Positions 1 through 15,197 of a stretch of 64,000 bases of DNA are shown piece by piece; position 1 is the stretch's first letter, and every line of letters begins with the position of its first letter. This DNA comes from the human T2T-CHM13v2.0 reference genome, Homo sapiens: the NCBI RefSeq assembly GCF_009914755.1, contig NC_060938.1, one strand, 5' to 3'. Both the position numbers and the translations under genes were made by a program. The notes under the pieces were generated by a model. The model was not told the DNA's origin. It was given only the letters and a program-made list of their open reading frames with translations, and did no database searches.

Positions 1-96
1 TAGCTCACTGCAGCTTCCAATTCCTTGGCTCAAGCAATCCTCCTGCCTTAGCCCTCAGAGTAGCTAGGACTACAGGTGTGTGCTACCATGCCCAGT
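1..96 (-). mobile_element. Alu/FLAM fragment (AluJ-like), cut by window edge
   Basis: ctcactgcagc...ctcaagcaatcctcctgcc...ctacaggtgtgtgctaccatgcccag is antisense Alu arm sequence. Confidence 0.85.
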
Positions 97-1039
97 TACA
101 AACCTCTTTTTATATAGACATATTATAAGCATCTTTTCATGTCAATATAGATCTGCCTCATTCTATAATTGTATGAATGTATCATAATGTTATAATTTCT
201 CTACTAATAATACATTGAATATACATACCTTTATTAATATGCATTTCTATTACCATCTTTACTTAACGGTCCATTATTCACTAAATCAGAGCTTCCTTCT
301 AGTATGCCTGACTTTTGCATCTCATTCATCCCAGTCATGCTTTTATTATATAACAGGGCACACAGTAGACACGAAAGATATTCTGTAAACTGGAGGGGAT
401 ACAGGACATTTTTGAGAAGGTACAAAGTCCTCAGATGGGCTTAGAAAATTCACTGTGTAATCCATACATTATTCTACTCAATTTGCACATCTTTGGGTTG
501 ATGTATATACTGCTACGGTGTCCTCGCCATCACCTAAATGTGACTCAGTCTGTTCTACTGTAATTATCTTGTGAATTTCCTTGTCCTGTACTTTTATTGT
601 TGGTCTTCTTGCATTGATGATACAACAGCAACAACATTTTTAATTATTGTCAAAAGATTAACTTGCAATGTACAGAGTTTACTCAAAATTTTCTTCTTTA
701 AGGAAAAACACTGCAAAAAGTCAAGAGGATACCAAATTGAAACACACAATGGTGCCTCTGAGTCAATATGAAATCATGATGAAGTAGAAATAAAGCCTTT
801 CCGAGATCGCAAATTAAAAAAAAAATGATGCAAATAGAAAATATCCTTCACTTTTAAGGCGTAGTCCTAACTTCAGGTTTTCTGTCCTGTATTTCCCATA
901 ATTACTACACATGCCTCATGCTCTAATTTTTTAGTTACAGTTGAAATAAGGTTTAAACTCCAATTAGGCTTTTTTCCTTGCCAAATTGTATTATATATAT
1001 TTTAAATACTACTTCTACCAAATGTTTTAACTTACTTTC

Positions 1040-2003
1040 TTCCAAGGATATTTGCTTTTTGACATTTTACGGAAGGCTATTAGAGGATCAGCCTCCTATT
1101 CCCTATGTTTGCCCACATAAATGCACGTGGGCTGTGGGGGTAGAGCATGGAACAGGCAAGCGCCTGTAATTGTGACTATTTCTGTAGAAGAGGAGGGCCT
1201 AGGGTGAATTTCCAATAGCCATTGTTGCTCTCCTTTCACCATCTACCATAGCTTGCAAGAAAAAATTACTATCAGTTTAGCATCATACACCTGAAGCTGC
1301 CAAGTTCAACTCCAGCTCAAATCAGATATATGACAAATTTCAGGACAACAATGACTCATACATTTGTAGCTAAGAATTTTAAGCCCAGGAGGTTTCACAC
1401 ATTAAACACATACTTTAAACACAGAAATAGAAGATAGTCTTTGCTAAAATAAGTGAATAATAAGAATATGTAAGCATGAAAATACATGGACATTCATAGA
1501 ACATCTCTCTACAGCTTATTAAAGGAGAGGTACAGACAGGGTCCTGGTTTACTGGTACAATTTGGCAATCAAAACAGTTCCTGAAGGAGATTAAGATGGC
1601 TGTTCCTCTTTCTAGATTTTGTTTAATTTCAGCTTTATACATTTTTCAGCTTTATATATTTTCCATAGAATCCTTCTACCTTTTTGCTGAATTTAGCATC
1701 CCTTTCATTAATGTAGTCAATATCTGCATCATTATTATAGGGACATCTTGAGCTATATTTGTCTCATGCTTCAATTTGCTTTTCCCAGTCTATGAGCATC
1801 CTATCGATTTCCTCTGTGGAAGGCACATATTCCGTGAAGAAGGCTGCTGGATATTGGGTAGAACTCCTGTCCATAGTTTTCTCTTAGTTTTAATTTCTAT
1901 GTCAGGTTTGATCTGTTTCGTCGACCATGGCACTGGCATACCTGGGCAGCAGCATAATATGAAATTCCCAGATCAGGGTTTTTCCTCTTCTATTTCCTTC
2001 CCC
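1040..2003 (-). pseudogene. SYF2P1: SYF2 processed pseudogene, 5'-truncated; CDS remnant about 1592-2003, probable 3'UTR remnant to about 1040
   Basis: Minus-strand translation gives [85 protein letters not shown], matching the SYF2 C-terminus. It is intronless with frameshifts and an internal TGA. The UTR boundary and the P1 numbering are from memory and less certain. Confidence 0.88.
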
Positions 2004-2007
2004 ACCT

Positions 2008-2077
2008 CAGAAGGATCACTTGAGCCCACGGGTTCAAGACCAGCCTTGGCAACATAGTAAGATCCCATTTCAAAAAA
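2008..2077 (+). mobile_element. Alu monomer 3' fragment (FLAM-like)
   Basis: ggatcacttgagccc..gttcaagaccagcc..ggcaacatagtaagatccc followed by an A-run. Confidence 0.75.
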
Positions 2078-2079
2078 TA

Positions 2080-2460
2080 GAACATTATTCAGCAATAAAA
2101 AGGAATAAAGTACTGATCCATGCTACAATGCAGATGAGCCTCCAAAACATTATATGAAGTATAAGAAGTCAGGCACAAAAGATCACAGACTATATGACCC
2201 CATTTTTATGAAACTTCCAGAATAGGTAAATCTATAAAGACAAGAAGCTGACTAGTGGTTTTCAGTGGATAAGGATAAGTGGATGGAAGTATATGCTTGA
2301 TGGTTATGGGGTTTGCTTTGGGGATGATGAAAATATATTGGAAATAGATAGAGGTAATGGTTGCACAACATTATGAATGTACTAAGTGCCATTAAATTGT
2401 ACACTTTGAAGTAGTTGATTTTTATGTTATGCGAAATTTACCTCAATTCAATTTTTAAAA
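2080..2460 (+). mobile_element. Old L1M 3' end
   Basis: tattcagcaataaaaaggaataaagtactgatccatgctacaatg ... ggggatgatgaaaat ... ggttgcacaacattatgaatgtactaa motifs. Confidence 0.8.
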
Positions 2461-2559
2461 ATCTATTGATCATAAATATAAGGGCATTTCTGGACTCTCA
2501 GTTTGATTCTACTATCTATATGTCTATTCTTATGTTACACACAAAAAATTTTATTCTTC

Positions 2560-3800
2560 TCAAGAATTCCCTGAAAAACTCATTTAAATGAATGTCAAAC
2601 TCTTCACCTATTTAATAAATAGCATCAAATGACTATTTACTCCCAGACTTCAAAGATTTGCTTCAAAATCCTTGCCTTTCTGGGTTCACAATTCCTAAAC
2701 TATTGTATCATAATTTTTATCCAATCTTAATCAAGCCTTTATATTAAAAGAAGTACCTTAAAACATCCTCCAAAACTTTATAAATATTGTGAATTTGTCT
2801 TCTCCACTATCAGGTGTTACTAAAAATATCTATCAAGGTAGTGCTCTCCCTCACCACAGTAAGAATAAACTCAGCCTTGTCTTACTAACAGATTATTTTG
2901 GTGAACTTTTCAGGGAGGCCGAATTCAATGATCTTATAGGTTTTACCAAGAACCAATGAAGGGCTCCAAGGCTCTTCATGATGGCCCCAAGGCTCTGGAC
3001 AGTACACTCTTCAGAAATCGTTTAAGCCTCGCATTTGGTGGGCAAAGGGTATCTCTGACCATAACAGGGAGGTAAATATTGCAATGGGCCAAGCTCTGAA
3101 TACTTTTTGTTGAAAAAATCTCAGCTTTATTTTTGCCTCCCAGTACTTAGGAACTAGTTTTAGGAATCTTTTCATTATCTGATAAAGTAACTTTTATCTT
3201 GGTGGAAATCTGCCTTTGTACTAATAACATTACTTGTCTTTGTCCTTGTCAAATATGTCTTTGTAACATGCCCTTAAGGAGAATGTTCCTAGGGAAAGAA
3301 TGGGTACAGGCCCCAATAAATGTCTGTTTTCACAAGCTGGACCTGAGGACTGAAATGTATAGGCATTCTTTAGACAAACTCTTCCTCGTGTCACTTAAAA
3401 CTTAATGTAAATTTTCCTGAGTCTTTTGTTTTGCTCTTTTGTCTGTGGATGCCTGGTTTGGTGAGAGCTTTTATTAAAACTTGTTATACAGAAGCTGCAA
3501 ATTAGTGAGATTTACAGATAGAGATGGCATAGCCATTAGGCTGGGGAAATGATTCATGACATATATAAGCAATACTTTCAACTTTAGGGCTTTTTCTCAG
3601 TCTAAACCTATATTTGCAACAACTCTGGGTTGGCTCCTAGTTTTTACATGTATTTATGCTGTAACAAATTTGTGTGCTAAATTATCTGTATGGCATAATT
3701 TCACCGAGTATAATTTAGAATTAGGGTGGCCATTTGATGCAATTTGACATAAACAAAATTATTCAGTTGAGAGGTGATTTAAGGGCAAAAATGAAACAGA
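2560..3800 (+). mobile_element. Ancient ERV LTR plus adjacent internal-like sequence (family uncertain)
   Basis: LTR-type end aataaactcagccttgtcttactaacag..ggtgaac near 2865-2925, followed by leader-like sequence; boundaries approximate. Confidence 0.4.
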
Positions 3801-3959
3801 ATCCCAAAGACCCAATGGTCTGCTGTTTTTTTTGTTTGTTTTTGTTTTTTTTACTGGTTTGAGGAAGGCTTAATTCCAAAAAGAACTAATATTCAAAAAT
3901 ATCTTTCTGAAGAGGAAGGCAGAGGAAGAATTGAAACAGAAGAGGAAAATTCCATGTGA

Positions 3960-4540
<581 letters not shown>

Positions 4541-6051
4541 AAATGTAGCTAGTTACCTAAAAATCTTCTCCTCTATTTTTTCTAGCAATGTTATTGATGT
4601 ATAATTGACTTAAAATAAGTCATATATATTTAATAGTACAATTTGATAAGTTTTGACATACGTAAGCACCTATGAAACCATCACCATGTATAATCAAGAC
4701 ACTGAATATATACATTACTCCCCCAAATTTCCTTGTGCTCCTTTGTAACTTCTCCCCATTCCCCACCCAATCCCCGGGCAACCACATATCTACTTTCTAT
4801 CATTATAAATTAGTTTGTATTTTCTAGAATCTTACGTAAGTGAAACTATACAGTATGTATTTTTTCTGACTTTCACTAAGCATAATTATTTTAAGATTCA
4901 TTCTTGAAATATTGTGTATCAATAGTTAATTTATTGTAATATGTATTGTATTGTTTATACATTTATCAGTTGTTAGGCATTTTCCATTTTTGGTTATTTA
5001 CAAAGTTGCTATGAACATATGTATGCAAGTCTTTGCTGGAATGACAGGATTATAAGGTAAACGTGTATTTAACATTTTAAGAAACTAGTGAACTATTTTC
5101 AAAAGTGTTCATATCATTTTACATTCCCACACAATGTATGAGAATTCCAGCTCCTCTATATCCTTGCTAACATTTGATATAATCAGTCCGTTTAATTTTA
5201 GTCATTCTAATATTAGTTTAGATACTACCATTCTCCTTTTGTTACTATTTGCATAGAACAACCCTTTCCATCCTTTCACTGTTAACCTATTTGTGTCTTT
5301 GAATCTAAAGTGAGTCTTTTAGAGACAGTATATAGTTGGATCATGTTTTTTTTTTTTTTTTTTTTTTGGTCCATTCTGCCTATCTCTGTCTTTTGACTGG
5401 AGAATTTAATCCACTTACATTTGGAATAATCATTGATAAGGAAAGACTTATTCCTTTATTTTGCTATTTGTTTTCTACATGCCTTATAGCTTTTTTGTCC
5501 ATTTCCTGCATTACTGTCTTTTGTATTGAGTTGATATTTTGTAGTGAAATGTTTAAATTTCTCATATCATTTTGTATACATTCTTCAGTTATTTTCTTGT
5601 GGTTACCATGGGATTACATAACACCCTAAAGTTATAACACTCTAATTTGAATTTATAGCAGATTAACTTTAATAACATACACTACTTCTCTAACAGCTCT
5701 ATCCCCAACCCTTTTGATTGTCAATGTCATAAACTTATATTTTTATACACTGTCCAAAAACATAAGCTAATAACTTTCTAACACATCAGTGTCTTAAATT
5801 ACACAGAGAATAAAGCATGGAGTTGCAAAACATGATTATCGTAACAGCTTTTAGACTAATACTTGTTTATTTTTAAATGTATCAGTCTTTTAAACCATTT
5901 AGAAAAAACAGTTACACATTATTTTTATAATACTAGGTTTTATAATGCAATTTTGATTTGACAATTTTTTTTCTTTTAGTACTTAAAAAACATAAGTGCA
6001 TTGTCTTCTGGCCTCCAAAGTATCTGACGATAAATCTGCTGTTAATCTTAT

Positions 6052-7892
6052 TGTGTCCAGAATTGGTGGGTTCTTGGTCTCACCGACTTCAAGAATGAAG
6101 CCGGGGACCCTCACAGTGAGTGTTACGGTTCTTAAAGATGGTGTGTCCAGAGTTTGTTCCTTCTGATGTTCAGACGTGTTCGGAGTTTCTTCCTTCTGGT
6201 GGGTTCATGGTCTCGCTGGCTTCAGGAGTGAAACTGCAGACCTTCGCAGTGAGTGTTACAGCTCTTAAGGTGGAGCATCTGGAGTTGTTCATTCCTCCCA
6301 GTGGCCTCGTGATCTCGCTGGCCTCAGGAGTGAAGGTGCAGACCTTTTCAGTAAATGTTACAGCCCATAAACGCAGTGCTGATCCAAAGAGTGAGCATCA
6401 GCAAGATTTATTCCAAAGAGTGACAGAACAAAGCTCCCACAGTGTGGAAGGGGACCCTAGCTGGTTGCCGCTGCTGGCTCAGGCAGCCTGCTTTTATTCC
6501 CTTCTCTGGCCCCACTCACATCCTGCTGATTGGTCCATTTTACACAGAGCTGATTGGTCCATTTTACAGACAGATGATTAGTCCGTTTTACAGAGAGCTG
6601 ATTGTTCCGTTTTGACAGGGTGCTGATTGGTGCATTTACAATCCCTGAGCTAGACACAGAGTGCTGATTGGTGCATTTACAATCCTCTAGCTAGACATAA
6701 AAGTTCTCCAAGTCCTCACCAGATTAACTTGACACAGAGCACCGACTGGTGAGTTTACAAACCTTGAGCTAGACACAGGGTGCTGATTGGTGCGTTTACA
6801 AACCTTGAGCTAGACACAGGGTGCTGATTGGTGTGTTTACAAACCTTGAGCTAGACACAGAGTGCTGATTGGTGTGTTTACAAACCTTAAGCTAGAAACA
6901 GAGTGCTGATTGGTGTATTTACAATCCTTTAGCTAGACATAAAGGTTCTCCAAGTCTCCACTAGAGTAGCTAGACACAGAGCATTGATTGGTGCGTTTAC
7001 AAACCTTGAGCTAGAGACAGGGTGCTGATGGGTGTGTTTACAAACCTTGAGCTAGATACAGAGTGCTGATTGGTGTATTCACAATCCTTTAGCTAGACAT
7101 AGGTTCTCCAAGTCCCCACCAGATTAGCTAGATACAGAGTGCTGATTGGTGCATCCACGAGCCCCGAGCTAGACACAGAGTGCCGATTGGTGCATATACA
7201 ACCCTCCAGCTAGACATAAAAGTTCTCCAAGTCACCACTGGACTCAGGAGCCCAGCTGGCTTCGCCTAGTGGATCCCGCCCCAGGGCTGAAGGCGGAACT
7301 GCCTACCAGTCCCGCACTGCACGCCTGCACTCCTCAGCCCTTGGGCGGTCAATGGAACCGGGTGCGGCGGAGCAAGGGACGGCGCCCCTCTGGGAGGCTC
7401 GGGCCCCACGGGAGCCCACTACGGGGTGCGGGTGGCAGGGGGGGCTTAGGCATGGTGGGCTGCAGGTCTGAGCCCTGCCCTGCGGGGAGGCAGCTGAGAC
7501 CCAGTGAGAATTCGAGTGCAGCGCGGGTGGGCCATTAGTGCTGGGGTACCCGGCACCCTGTCTGCAGCTACTGGCCCGGGTGCTAAGCCCCTCACTGCCC
7601 AGGGCTGGCAGTGCCGGCCGGAGGCTCTGAGTGTGGGGCCTGCCGAGCCTACGCCCACCCGGAACTCGCATTGGTCCGCCAGAGCTGTGCGCAGCCCGGA
7701 TTCCCGCCCACACCTCTCCCTCCACACCTCCCTGCAAGCAGAGGGAGTCGGCTCCAGCCTCGGCCAGCCCAGAGAGGGGCTCCGACAGTGCAGCGGAGGG
7801 CTAAAGGGCTCCTCAAGCGTGGCCAGAGCAGACGCAGAGGCTGAGGAGGCGCTGAGAGCGAGCGAGGGCCACCAGCACGTTGTCACCTCTCA
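6052..7892 (-). mobile_element. Solo LTR12 (ERV9; LTR12C/E-like), 1841 bp
   Basis: TG..CA termini (tgtgtccagaattggtggg ... gtcacctctca), 4-bp TSD ttat at 6048-6051 and 7893-7896, ~41-bp tandem units carrying gctgattgg, GC-rich U3. Confidence 0.95.
6470..7190 (-). promoter_or_regulatory. LTR12 promoter/enhancer: about a dozen CCAAT (NF-Y) boxes and an AATAAAA TATA-like box at 6492-6498
   Basis: Repeated ATTGG on + (CCAAT on -) between about 6529 and 7190, in the known ERV9 LTR architecture; activity not shown. Confidence 0.7.
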
Positions 7893-9179
7893 TTATGACC
7901 CCTTGTGACAAGTCACTTCTCTCTTGCAGCTTTCAAAATTCTCTTTGTGTTTGTCTTCCAATATTTTGATGATAATATCTTGGTGTGGGTCTCTGAGTTC
8001 ATCACACATTGAGCTTGTTGAGCTTCTTGGATGTTTATATTCATATCGTCCATCAAATTTGGGAAGTTTTTAGCCACTACTTTTTCAGATATTCTCTCTT
8101 TTTCTTTCTCTTCTTTTTCTAGGAATACCATAATGCCTGTGTTGTTTAGCTTTATGGTGTCACATAGGTCTCTTGGGCTCAGTTCCGTTTTCTTCAATCT
8201 TTTTCTTTCTGTTTCTCAAACTCAGTAATTTTCATTGTTCTATTTTCAAGTTCACTGATTCTTTCTCCTGCCTGCCCAAATCTGCCTTTGAATACTTCTA
8301 GTGATTTTTTTCATTTCAGTTACTATAATTTTCAGCTCCACGATTTTTTTCTTTTTAGGCTTTTTATTTCTTTAATGATTTTTCCATTTTGTTCAGACAT
8401 CATTTTGTTGACTGTCATTTCTTCCTTTAGTTCTTTGAGCATCTTTAAGACAGTTGTTTTAAAGTCTTTGTCTGTCTAGTAGATCTGCCATCCAGTCTTT
8501 TTCAAAGATAGTTTATTGTTTTTTTCCTTTTGAAAAGACCATACTTTCCTGTTTCTTTGTATGCTTTGTGATTTTTTTGTTGTTGTTGAAAACTGTATAT
8601 TTGCATCTAATAATGTCGTACCTTTGGAAATCAGGTTCTCTCCCTTCCCTAGGTTTTGCTGGTGTTTTGGGTTTTATTATTATTTTTGTTGCTGTTATTG
8701 TTATAGGTTGTGTCTGTGCTGAGGATCAGCCTGAGGTTTAAACTTAAGGCCTTCTCTGGTCTTTGCTGAGCCTGCACCTTCACCTGGGCGTGTGTGGTGA
8801 CTTTCTAGTTTTCCTTACATATGCAGTTGCTTTTGAATGTCCTAGTCTTCAATGTCTTACTTCCATAAGGGGAGACAGAGAAAAATAACAGGAGAGAAAA
8901 GGCTCTGCCTCTTTAAATCTCCTGGATATTACTTTAGCCAGAGGAGTGGGAGGGTTTGCAACAATGGGGGTTAGTGCAACCGTAATGACCACCACCTCTT
9001 TTTCTATACCTCTGTGATCAGATGCAGCAATCAATGATCACAGCACAGATCCCCAATATTTTTAGGACATGGTCCTTTTTGCCTGTTCTGGTTCCTGCAA
9101 GCTGTGTGCAAGCTGCTCCAGAAACATATTCACAGCTGCCCACTATTGGGCTGAAGGGTGGGACTGTTATTTAAAATAA

Positions 9180-9795
9180 CGTTATGAAACTACATGCTAA
9201 CATAAATATTTGTGTTTTCTAAAACAAAAATAATTTAGTGAGAAGAATGGCATTGTTTTACCTTTATATAAATCTCTCTGGTGGATAATTTAATATAAAA
9301 TCACTGGATTGGCTGGGCACAGTGGCTCATGCCTGTAATCCCAGCACTTTGAGAGGTCAAGGCAGGCAGATCACAAGGTCAGGAGATCGAGACCATCCTG
9401 GCTAACACGGTGAAACCCTGTCTCTACTAAAAATACAAAAAAATTAGCGGGGTGTGGTGGTGGGTGCCTGTAGTCCCAACTACCAGGGAGGCTGAGGCAG
9501 GAGAATCACTGAAACCCGGGAGGCGGAGGTTGCAGTGAGCTCAGATCACGCTGCCGCACTCCAGCCTGGGTGGCAGAGTGAGACTCCATTTCAAAAAAAA
9601 AAGAAGAAAAGAAAAAGAAAATCACTGGATTTTCATATCAGTTTCTGCATTCAGTCTGTTGCAATATCACACCCCATGCAGCCTCTGGAAAACTCTATTG
9701 TACACTTGTGAGAGAATATAAGTGAAAAGGCAAACGGTCTTAGTATTATTTTGAAGATAGTTTGACCTCATGAACCACATTTTGAAAATTGTTGA
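9180..9795. mobile_element. hAT-Charlie DNA transposon fragment interrupted by an Alu
   Basis: tttagtgagaagaatggcattgtttta ... tctgcattcagtctgttgcaatat ... cttagtattatt..gaagatagtttgacctc (Charlie1-like). Confidence 0.6.
9311..9617 (+). mobile_element. AluSc/Y
   Basis: Full dimer, TSD aaaatcactggatt on both sides. Confidence 0.95.
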
Positions 9796-12019
9796 TCTAA
9801 TTCATCCTTCAGTCTAGTACTAAAAAGTCGTCTCTGTACTAATATTAACAAAGCTTCTACCTAATACTAGATGATATCTGAGGTTCTTTATTAAACTAAC
9901 GTCCTACAGTTCTATAGATGAACAAGCAAATTTCTCACAAAAAAAAACTTTGCTATTAGCTAATTGTTTTAGATTAATATTAGGTTTCTTATCACTGCTC
10001 CTATCTCTGCTGGGTGTGTGAATTGAAATATTGTAATGGAAAATGAACAAGCTTTGTGTCCAACCAAACAAGCTATAGTTAAAATACCAGTTCTGCCTAC
10101 TGTGGCCTTGGACAAATTATTTAATCTTATTAAGCCCTAGTTTCATCACCTACTTTGTCAAGATTAAGTAAATCAACATTTAGTTTTAGCACAGTGTTTT
10201 GAATGTAGAAAGCATTAAACAAATGTTAGTTCCTTTTATGTTTTTCCAATCATATACCTTTTATTAGTTAACCTCACCTACAGGAAGACTCATTGCCCCA
10301 TTATGACCACTGTGGGAAGGCTAAAGTTTAATATCTATTACTGTACAATACCTAAGAAGTGAGTCAACTTGGAGATACTAGACTTGCAAACCCAAACAAT
10401 TTAAAAAATTGTACAGGGGTTAAATAGCAAACATTACATCAAACTGCCCTGAAATTCTCACTATTTCAGCTACAAATATGACCTATTAGAGCTAGTTTAT
10501 TAGCTCTTTCTATAAACATGGATTAACTCAAATCACTACCAAGGTGGAAAGTAGACAGCAGGTCACTAAGGAATGTATCATATGTTCTGAAGGGCAGAGA
10601 AAAGGAATATGAGGCTAAGATCCACCTGGGAGGAGAGTTCCTTTGTGCCTTTCAGTGGCTCACAAGCCTAAGGATACTGGGCATGGAATGCCAGATGCCA
10701 TTGAAAGGAGAAGGAAGGGGATGTTAACTGTATGTCTTACCCATTTGCCTAATTATAATTACCATTAAATGTCCTCTCACTTAGAGCTCACAAGAAACCT
10801 GTCAGGTAGTTATTATTTACATCTGATTAATGTGTAGTGAAGCTCAAAGGATTGGGTACTTCATACTTAGCTAGTAAGTAAAACGGCTAGTATTTAAACC
10901 TCAGCCTGTTTTGCTTTCAGGTTCGCCTCTTAACATTGCACTACTTACTATCCTTGAAAAATGTTTCCTAAAGAATGGCCCTAAGTGTTGAAGCTAAACT
11001 TTGAGCAAGTGCCTGCTTCCTAAGTGATGATTCTGTGCCCTAGACCTTTGTGAGAATTTGAAGTTTTCTTTCACCCCCAACAAAACACTCAGGTAAGGAT
11101 TGGGCTTATTATAACTGAGTCACTTTATCAATTCAGTTGCGGAGTCATTTTCCGCAAGTATTCTGGGAGGGATTAAAAAATCAAAGTACACAAACTGAAA
11201 ACAGTTTTGATTGCCAGCAATTGTATCCAAGAATGTTAAAGATTCAGTTCAAGCATGTTGTTCATTACTTGATTTATTCTGGGTGGCATTACCAATGTGT
11301 GTTCCTGCATTTGGAGTTACTCTTAACTGTAAAGAGGCTCTGATTTCTATGTAAACACTTCAGGCCAAAAGACAGCAATTTTAAAAAGCAATCCAGACAA
11401 TCATTTGTTTGAAACACCAACTTAGAGAGGAGTAATGTTAACATAAACATACCACATCTTTGACCTATATTAAAACACATGTCTCATATTGGCTACAAGC
11501 AAACTTTGAGTCCTTTGTAAAATCCATACAGTTACCCAGCAGGCATGATGTCAATCCAAATCACTGTGGTTACTGTATAGCTACTTATTATCCAAACAAC
11601 CCTGAAACAAAAGACCTGAAATTCGCTGTTTTGGATGCTGCTTCCTGCTGCCAGGAGGAGGTGTGTTTAACTTACAAGAGACTGAACAGCAGTTAGATGA
11701 ACACTTTAGATCAAAAGATCCAAGTAAATAGACAATGAAGAAAAGACTTCTGTTTGATAGCAGACAACATACTTTCCCAAAAATGTATCTTAATTCAAGT
11801 TCAAAAATTGATATAAAAAGACTGGTCACGCAAATGAATGTAAGAAACATATTAGTAAACACATGAATGAAACTGTGCTCCAAAGAGTTAAAGAAACCAA
11901 TAACTAACAGACATTCTTGAATTTGAAGGTTAGTCAATAATAAAAGGAAACAACTTGCCGAAAAGCTGAAACTCCCTCTACTTGAGGGATTTTAAAAAAC
12001 TGGATGAAACAATGAACTG

Positions 12020-12400
12020 AACTGTTGGAAACAATGTGGCCAACTGGAGTTTGCGCAGAGCAAATTTGTTGATGTCACAGCCTGAATTTCTACCACATTT
12101 CATATTAAGTCCCCCTAAATTTGCACCTGTGACCCATGAGGAGGCACAAAGGGATAACTGGGCGTGCCTGAGGACTTTCCAGACCTCCCCTTTTCTTCCA
12201 CCAATCACCTACTAGTCTCAGAATCACCCCCTAAACCTTTTCTAATAAAAGTAAAGCCAACACAGAGAGACGGCTTTGAGCTGGACTCCTGTCTTCTTGT
12301 GAGTTGACATATAACAAAAAGCTTTTCTTTTCCCAACAGCCCAGAGTCATTGTATATTGGCTTTTAGTGCATCAGGCATCAAGCCCTTTCTGCTTGAGAA
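12020..12400 (+). mobile_element. MER39-type ERV1 LTR (partial)
   Basis: ccaatcacc..taataaaa..tttgagctggactcctgtc..aagcttttcttttc..tattggctt..gcatcaggca matches my recollection of the MER39 3' half. Confidence 0.65.
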
Positions 12401-12568
12401 AATGAATACAACTCCATTCAGAAACATATTAGCACTGCTGACAGCATAGCAGAAGCTTGGCAAATTATTATTAATCATGGAGTCATACACTAATAATGGT
12501 CATGTACTTATTTCGTATGATATTATCATTATGTCTTCAACACAAGAGATGATCAACAATATGGGCTA

Positions 12569-12885
<317 letters not shown>

Positions 12886-14084
12886 ATAATATAGGCTAAT
12901 TTATTTTGGAATCATGGGATGAAAATTTTGTAGCATTAATGCCATAATTAGAAATACTAAGTATATTCCAAAGTATTCAAATATTGCTGAGAATCATAGA
13001 GGAAGCCTAAGTAACAGATAAGGACAGTGAGCACAGAGAGGGGAAGAAGAAAAAAAGACCATTAAAGGAGGAAGTAAAAAACAAACCTGAGGTAAATACG
13101 GGAGCAGTAACAAGATCATGAGTACAGTAGGAATGATTAAGATATAAAGTCACCTGGAGAGAAGAGAATTACCTCTATTTCATGCTTTTACATTCTTGTT
13201 AGAGGTTAGTGAAGTAGAAGTTTGGGAATAGAGTCCTACAGTGGCCTGTATTCTGAGTAGCTGATTGTGACATATTTTATGTGAGCCACATAAAATGCAG
13301 GTGTGAGCCACTGCACCCGGCCTCAAAGTACACTTCTTATAGTATGACTCTATTAGGGCTCTGAGTCACAGAAAACTTAATTAAAAACTTTCATTCTAAG
13401 ATCTCAGGGATGGTCTCTAATCAAGGCAACAGATAAGTGAGGGGTTATCAGATACCAGGCAGAATATTAATCGGTATTGCTGAGGAGACAGGCTAGAGAG
13501 AAAGCTAGAAATTTATCCTCAAGGTGGAAGATAAAAGAAAAGTGAACAGACATTCAGGGATGGATCTGCCTTAAGTATGAGTCAAGTATTTGCTTCAAAT
13601 GTGGGTAGTGGCTGAGGGTAAAACAAAAATCTGATTCATCTGAAAGGCAGGAAGGGTTACCAGAAGTTCAATATGGCTAACACAGAGGAGGAATGAGTTC
13701 CTGTAAAGGACAATTTAGTCCAAAAGTGTATACTAATTCTAGTGGGCGCTAATTTAAGAATGAGTGCCAGGTTTATCAGCTTTACAGTATAAGATAGCAT
13801 TGTTATTTCTCTAATTAAAGAATACCATACCTTCTTATTTGCATGTCTTTGGGGGTTCAATAGCCCTAACTCTGGAGGCAATGGTTTAGGGGGCAAAGCA
13901 ACACAACTTTGGATGGCCTCCTAACAGGATGGATGTACCCTAACTCATTCAATTATCTTCCTCTTTATAGTTGTTTCCAGTTAGCAGCCACTGTAAGTAG
14001 TGCTTCAAAAAGCACTAGCATGCTTATTTCTATAGGAGAATCCCAAAGTTGAGAAAAGCCTGAGTTACTTTCCAAGAGCTGTAG

Positions 14085-14492
<408 letters not shown>

Positions 14493-14840
14493 AAGAGTGT
14501 ACATTTTACCACCACACTCTCCCAGTGTGGGATATTGTGAATTGTTTTAATTTTTGCTAATCCAATAAACTTGGTATTTGGTTGGTTGATTTGTATTCCC
14601 AAAAGTGAGGTAGTACAGTTGAGTATTTTCTGTGTCTTGTCCTCTTTCATTTCCTTTTCAATGAATTACTTGTTCATTTCTTCTGCCCATTTTTATTGCT
14701 TTTTGAAAAAAATTATAAAAGTTTTTACATTAGAATTGTTAACCTAGTGTCCTATGTTTTATAAATATTTTATCATTGTCCCTCATTTATCTTTCAATGT
14801 GTCATGGTGACTTTTGCTGTTCAAATATTTTAAACTTTAA

Positions 14841-15197
<357 letters not shown>

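Larger units (their letters stand above)
4580..9160 (-). mobile_element. L1M relics (3' end, ORF1 and 5' region), split by LTR12
   Basis: ORF 7913-8197(-) reads RDLCDTIKLNNTGIM..EEKEK..KNFPNL..NIQEAQ..RILKAAREK, a decayed L1 ORF1p; L1 sequence is collinear across the LTR12 site. Confidence 0.85.

Noticed and set aside
6620-7220. Regularly spaced ~41-bp repeats resembling a CRISPR array
   Set aside because: No unique spacers; this is the normal LTR12 U3 tandem array in a mammalian genome
6120-7908. ORFs of 66-153 aa on both strands
   Set aside because: All lie inside LTR12; GC-rich LTR sequence routinely gives such ORFs
13298-13322. Isolated 25-bp Alu 5'-end fragment
   Set aside because: Probably a deletion remnant; too short to interpret
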